DNA from: Octopus sinensis
Lineage: Eukaryota
DNA length: 64,000 nt
Assembly: GCF_006345805.1 (NCBI RefSeq)
Contig: NC_043003.1
Coordinates: 71,796,001 to 71,860,000, forward strand
Reading direction: 5' to 3'
Positions 57,903 through 64,000 of the stretch are shown here, piece by piece; the first letter of the stretch is position 1; each line of letters opens with the position of its first letter. The notes beneath the pieces are model-generated. The model saw only the letters and a program-made list of their open reading frames with translations. It searched no databases and was not told where the DNA came from. The translations under genes were made by a program, and so were the position numbers.

Positions 57903-58550
57903 GGAGCAGGAGTGGCTGTGTGGTAAGTAGCTTGTTTACCAACCACATGGTTCTGAGTTCAGTCCCACTTCGTGGCACCTTGGGCAAGTGTCTTCTACTA
58001 TAGCCTCGGGCCGACCAAAGCCTTGTGAGTGGATTTGGTAGATGGAAACTGAAAGAAGCCCGTCGTATATATATATATTTCAACATGTGATCTCTTGAGC
58101 ACCACCAGCAAAAATATTTTTTTCCTCTGTCTTCCCTTCTCGGGATCTTTCCTTCTCCTTGTTTCCGACGAAGAGCTCCGCTCGAAACGTTAAACCCTCC
58201 TTCCCTTCTTTCCTGAGCGTCAAATAATACTTTAATTGTTCCACGTCCTTGCGTTGCTGTGTTTTTTCCTGTGTTTTTTTCTGTGTTTTCTTGTTTGGAT
58301 TAACTATACATATATATATATATATGCGTGTGTGTGTTTGCGTGTCTGTGTTTGTCCCCCTAGCATTGCTTGACAACCGATGCTGGTGTGTTTATGTCCC
58401 CATTACTTAGCGGTTCGGCAAAAGAGACCGATAGAATAAGTACTGGGCTTACAAAAGAATAAGTACTGGGGTCGAGTTGCTCGATTAAAGGCGGTGCTCC
58501 AGCATGGCCGCAGTCAAATGACTGAAACAAGTAAAAAAGAGAAAAAGAGA
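57902..58550 (+). mobile_element. SINE family 2 with a family B hammerhead element inserted in its internal (TA)n
   Basis: SINE head 57902-58065 and body 58320-58550 are separated by 58080-58304. Confidence 0.85.
58161..58195 (+). ncRNA. Family B hammerhead motif with mutated core (probably inactive)
   Basis: GUUU-CCGACGA-A-GAGC-UCC-GCUC-GAA-ACGU-U-AAAC. Perfect stem I, U4 changed to C. Confidence 0.55.
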
Positions 58551-58660
58551 AAGATATATGCCTTTGCTGTTATGTAATGGTGTAATAAAGTATTGATTGG
58601 GTATCATCTGATGGTTGATGTTTGATTGATTTAAGTATGTTTCTCCATTTTCTAATTTTG

Positions 58661-58705
<45 letters not shown>

Positions 58706-58758
58706 ATTTATGCATATATATGTATATATATATGTATCTATATATCTATATATATGTG

Positions 58759-58825
<67 letters not shown>

Positions 58826-58859
58826 ATATATATATATATGTATGTATATATATGTATAT

Positions 58860-60625
58860 ACTAGCTGACGTACCCGGTAATTCCCGGGGGTAAAAATGTT
58901 TTATTGAAACGCCTTATTACTCTGATATTTTCCGTCCCTAAAAAGTACAAAAAAATTGTTAGCTGGAAGAGGAGATTTTTGGGGTTTGGTGAGAAAGGTT
59001 TTTCGGAGGTTGGTGAGAAAGTACTGTGACACGTCGTGGCATTTTAAAGGTGAACTTTATGAAGACTACTTTATCAAAGGTATATAAATGTAGCATACGT
59101 GTATATAAATATATGAATGAAGTGTCTAATGTTTAAGAATGCACTGAGAGCCGCTCTCAGTAACTGACTTTAGCTTACGGAGTTCTTGTTTATATAACTA
59201 CAGAAAAGTAGCCAGAAGGATAGATATATTGTTGAGAAAAAATGACTTCGTTGGAGGTCTGTTAACTCTGGTGGCCAAAAAGAGGTTAGAAGGGTCAAGT
59301 GTCAAAAACATTATTCTGCTTAGCGAAGGTATCCAGGAAATGTATAACTCTTGTCATTCACAGAAAAGCTATTGTCTTACCGTGAGAAAAGCGCTCTTGA
59401 AGTGTTGAGTGAAATTTGGCAATCGAGGATCGAATCCACGCTATGCCTGCATGAAGCCACTACAAATACTTTGTGGAATAAAAAATTTATCTACTGTCAT
59501 GGAATAAGTGTAACTGTTAACATGCAGAATTATCGGAGTAATGGGCATTCAAAAAAGTATGTATGTATAGAAATGTATGAATGAAGTCTTTAAGCTTTAA
59601 GATTCAAATCGAGGAAGTGCAATAATAATATTTAGCAGTTCAAAACTAAGTAGTGAAATGCAGAATTGGGTAGGCTGATCGTGAGAATCAAATATTGCTC
59701 GCTTCGCTAAAACCTACAGGTGTTATAGGTTATTTCCCTTGGGTTGTTTAAATATTAGTAATATATAGTATATAAAAGGATCCATTGGAGGGGTCTTATT
59801 ATCGATTTTTCTTTCAAGAATCTAAGTATGTCACGAGGTTTCCAGACATGAGTTCTATGCACGTGTCAAATAAAGTGATATTGTCTGCAAAAATTAGAAA
59901 TTGGACACATAAAAAAACCAATATTCAAAGTAATCGAACATAAACAACGAAACCTGTAAAATATTTCTAAATTCGATGGCTCAATTAGTTTCAGGAAAAT
60001 GTTTTATGAACTGTAAATAAGCAATAAATATAATGATTTATAAAATAAGTGATACATAGTGTCCCAACTGACTGTGGCGTAGAAGATTGGTTTCATTTTC
60101 TAAGAATTTTAAGTATTCAAAGTTTGAGTTCATTGTATTGGGACACACTTAACAAATACGTTCTGGAATCATAAATCCATGTAGTGTCATCCTTAAATGG
60201 TAAAATGCAGAATTATCGGAATTATGAGCATTGAAAGTGTACATGCAACAAGAAAGTGCAATGATAAGGTTTAGCAGTTCAAAACTGTGAGTAGTAAAAT
60301 GCAGAATTAGGTCCGCTGATCGTGAGAAACAAATATTGATCGCTTCGCTAAAAACTACCAACTGTAAGTCCAGTTGTGATGGGTTATTTCCCTTGGGTGT
60401 TTAAAAAATATTGTGTAGGTTCTATGGTTATATGAGATAGATATAAAGATCCCTTCCAGGGGCCATATTATCGATTTTTTTCAACAATCTATGTCACGCG
60501 GTTTCCAGACATGAGTTCTACTCACGTGTCAAGTTTCATCAAAATCAATAGAACGATGTATGAGGAGTTAGCTAAAAATGCCACAAACACACACCGATTT
60601 TCCACATATGTAGTAGATACTACAT
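58860..60625 (+). mobile_element. Non-autonomous Helitron/Helentron-like element in (TA)n with a diverged internal duplication
   Basis: Starts ctagctgacgtacccggtaattcccggg (subterminal hairpin) and ends ...aagtttcatcaaaatc...acaaacacaca...atgtagtagat, as in HINE/Lep1-type elements. About 59520-59870 is repeated at about 60200-60535. Confidence 0.6.
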
Positions 60626-60749
<124 letters not shown>

Positions 60750-60794
60750 GCATATATATATATGCATATATATATATATGCATATATATATATA

Positions 60795-60828
<34 letters not shown>

Positions 60829-60856
60829 TATATACATAAATATGAATCTATACATA

Positions 60857-60898
<42 letters not shown>

Positions 60899-61029
60899 TA
60901 TATATGTATGTGAAGGCGCATGGCTGGGTGTTGTGTTTTTGAGCAAGACAATTTATTTCACGTTGCTCCAATCCACTCAGCTGTAGAAATTAGCTGCAAC
61001 GTCACAGGTGCCAAGCTGTATCAAGAAAC

Positions 61030-61119
61030 AAAAATAAACAAGCTTTTGACGGTTTTATAGATATTTCAAAATTGTGATGCTATGATGCTAGGTGTTTCCA
61101 TTATTTTGACCAACCCCTG
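61030..61119. mobile_element. Solo Tc1-like terminal inverted repeat end
   Basis: ...ggtgtttccattattttgaccaacccctg followed by TA, the reverse complement of a CAGGGG... Tc1-type TIR. Confidence 0.55.
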
Positions 61120-61134
61120 TATATATATATATAT

Positions 61135-61570
61135 ATACCGGAGTAAACACAAAAATGTGAAACAAGGTGGAAAAAAAGAGTACTCAAATACCAGTGGTAG
61201 AGTAATATGCTTTATTTAAAGCAGCAGAAAATTCAGCAAAACCTGGTATTCTGAACGTGAAACTCAGAGTAACAGGTTTTGTTGAATTTTCTGCTGCTTT
61301 AAATAAAGTATATATATATATATATATAGGTATATGATCCCATATGTAACTACTCGTAGACTGTTTGCGATTTTTCCCTCTTCCTTTTCTTTGGGACTTT
61401 CCTATTCCTCCTGTTTCCGAAGAAAAAACTTTGCTCGAAACGTGAAACAACCACACTTTCTTTCCTTCTCTGAACGTCTTATTAATACTTACATGTACCA
61501 CATCCTCCCGTGGTTGTCTTTTCTTGTCTTTTTTCTCAGTCATTTGTTCAACATGTCTTATCACTGAAAA
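61135..61570. mobile_element. Penelope-LTR-like composite with a 41-bp inverted repeat (61205-61245 / 61273-61313) and a decayed hammerhead (61413-61448, +)
   Basis: IR arms differ at two positions. gttt-CCGAAGA-aaaaactttgctc-GAAACGTG-aaac resembles family B. Confidence 0.55.
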
Positions 61571-61882
61571 GGTACTTATTTTTCCACGCTGTTGATATTA
61601 TTTTTGTGTCTCTCTGTTTGTCTCAAAGCCGTAGGGCGCCTGTGTCATCCATGTTTTTAACCGTTACTGTCCCCCAAATAGATTTTTCGTTTCATGTTCG
61701 TCTCTGTTGCGTTTCATTCTTTCCTTCTGTGGCTGGCTGATTCAGAGCGGATCTCAGAATTAAACAGCCGAAATCTGCGATGAGGGATCAGTTTCTGACT
61801 GAAGAATGAAGGCTTTGAATGACCCGTTTGTCTTTTTGTTCGTCCCTTCGTGTATTTCACGTTATTTATTTATGTAAAGGTT

Positions 61883-61930
<48 letters not shown>

Positions 61931-62292
61931 TTGTATGTATATATGTATATATATATATGAATATTTATGCATATGCATATATGTATGTGTATATATATGT
62001 ATGGATATGTATAATACGTATATGTATGTATATATATATGCGTATTTATGTATATGTATATATATGTATATGCATATATATGTATCTATGTGTGTGGATG
62101 TGTGTGTGTGCATGTGTGTCTCGAACAATCGCTTGACAACCGGTGTTGATGTGTTTACGTCCCTATAACCTAGCAACTCGGCAACTAATACCAAAACAAT
62201 AATTACTGGGGTCGATTTATTTGACTAAAAGTCATCAAGGCGGTGCTGTAGCATGTCCACAGTCAAATGACTGAAGCAAGTAAAAGATAAAG

Positions 62293-62336
<44 letters not shown>

Positions 62337-64000
62337 AGCAGGCGTAGCTGCGTGGTAAGTAGCTTGCTTCATAAACAAATGCTTTCAGTCCCATTGCGTA
62401 GCACCTTGGGCAGGTGTCTTTTGCTATAACCTCGGGCTGGCCAAAGGCTTGTGAGTGGATTTGGTAGACAGCAACTTAGAGAATCACGTCATACACACAC
62501 ACACACACACAGACACACACACACACACACACACACACATGCACACGCACACACACGCACACACGCACACACACACACACATGCACATTTACACATATAT
62601 ATGTATGTATGTATGTATATACATACATATATATGTGTGTGTGTCTTTGTGTCTATGTCCGTTGAACATCACTTGACAACTGATATTTGTGTGTTTACCT
62701 GCCTGTAGCCTAGCGGTTCCGCAAAAGAGATCGATAGAATAAGTACTAGGCTTACAAAGAAGGAAAAAATAAGTATTAAGCTTACAAGTAAAAGAGTAAA
62801 AGAATAAAAATGTGGGTCTGTGTTTGTCCCCCACAACTGTTTGACAACCACTGATGCTGAGTTTATGGCCCCGGTTCAGGAAAAGAAACTGAAAGAATAA
62901 GTGCCGGGCTTAAAAAAAAAGGAGAAAAGATGTATTATCGTTGATTAATTGGATAAAAATTTCTGAAGGGGTTGCCCTAGCATAACCGCACGTTAATGAC
63001 TGTAGCAAAATAATAGGTAAAAAAATAAAGAAGTATATATTGATGTATACACTCATTGCTGAACATGTTTACGCCTCTCTCTCTCTCTCTCCTTCTTCCT
63101 GTCTATACACATCGGAGCATAAACTTACAGTCACATAAATCATCAGGTAAATTGATTTTAACAATTGGAATTATTTTTTCATCCAGCTAGCTATTGAGAG
63201 AGTGCAGAAAACAGAGAGAGAGAGAGAGGGAGGGATAGTGAAAGAGAGAGAGAGAGAGAGATGTTGATCGATAGAAAATTAGATCGATTAAATGGATGGA
63301 AGGGTAGAAAGAGGGAGAGAAGATAGGGAGTTACACCGTTGCATACTCAGAAAGATAGTTATTAGGTAGGTACGCTAGTACTTACCTTGCGTACCTAGTC
63401 GTTTAGATCACCTGTGAACTAAACATCTATATTTTGTCGATAGATAGACAGATAAATAGATAGATAGATGGATAGACAGATGGAGAGAAAAACAGAATAA
63501 TGTCTCCAGGTGACGTATGGTTTGTCGCAGCCAAAAGTAAGTGGCACCTGTCAGTAAAGCCACGAGTTGTTTCGTCATCGCTTTCAATTTACCTACTGAT
63601 TTCTTAACTTACGTAAGCACACACACACACGCGCGCGCGTGCACACGTAAACATTCATACACACACACATATACATGCAGGTGTTTGTATTGAGTGTTCG
63701 TAAAAAGGACTTTTTTCGCCATACCTAAATGCTTTGTGTTAAAAGACAACCTACTGTTTTTTATGTATGTGTCTAAAACAGCCAGCAAATAGTCCCGTCG
63801 CCTCATATTTATTACAGACTCTACTTCTTTGATACAGCTATGTACTGAGTAGTTTGGGATTTGGTTGGAAAATGCACTGCCAAAAAAAATACACTACCTA
63901 CCTAACTACCTACCTACCTACCTACCTACCTACCCACCTACCTACCTACCTTCCTACTTACCTACCTACATATCTACCTATTTCTTTATTACCCACAAGG

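Overview
AT-rich, microsatellite- and transposon-dense animal genomic DNA. The SINE families and repeat style suggest an octopus or other cephalopod (inference). The only host gene I can support is a transmembrane channel-like (TMC) gene on the minus strand. Three short coding exons (24693-24774, 16277-16436, 10402-10504) splice in frame into a recognisable TMC N-terminal/TM1 segment, and none is annotated as such by the ORF track. There is also a weak candidate 5' exon at 56353-56477. The introns contain Penelope-like elements, R4/Dong-clade LINEs sitting in (AAT)n, an L1/Tx1 endonuclease ORF, CR1-group fragments, a Gypsy LTR/PBS/RT remnant, mariner, Tc1 and pogo remnants, hAT MITEs, a Helitron-like element and two tRNA-type SINE families. 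The most notable signal is a set of minimal type I hammerhead ribozyme motifs in short Penelope-LTR-like elements. Three of them lie on the TMC sense strand about 260-510 nt upstream of exon acceptors, including a pair whose predicted cleavage sites are 247 nt apart and which share the palindromic ACGU stem III used for dimeric cleavage. Most long ORFs in the track are microsatellite artefacts. Transposon boundaries are approximate unless a TSD or TIR is cited.
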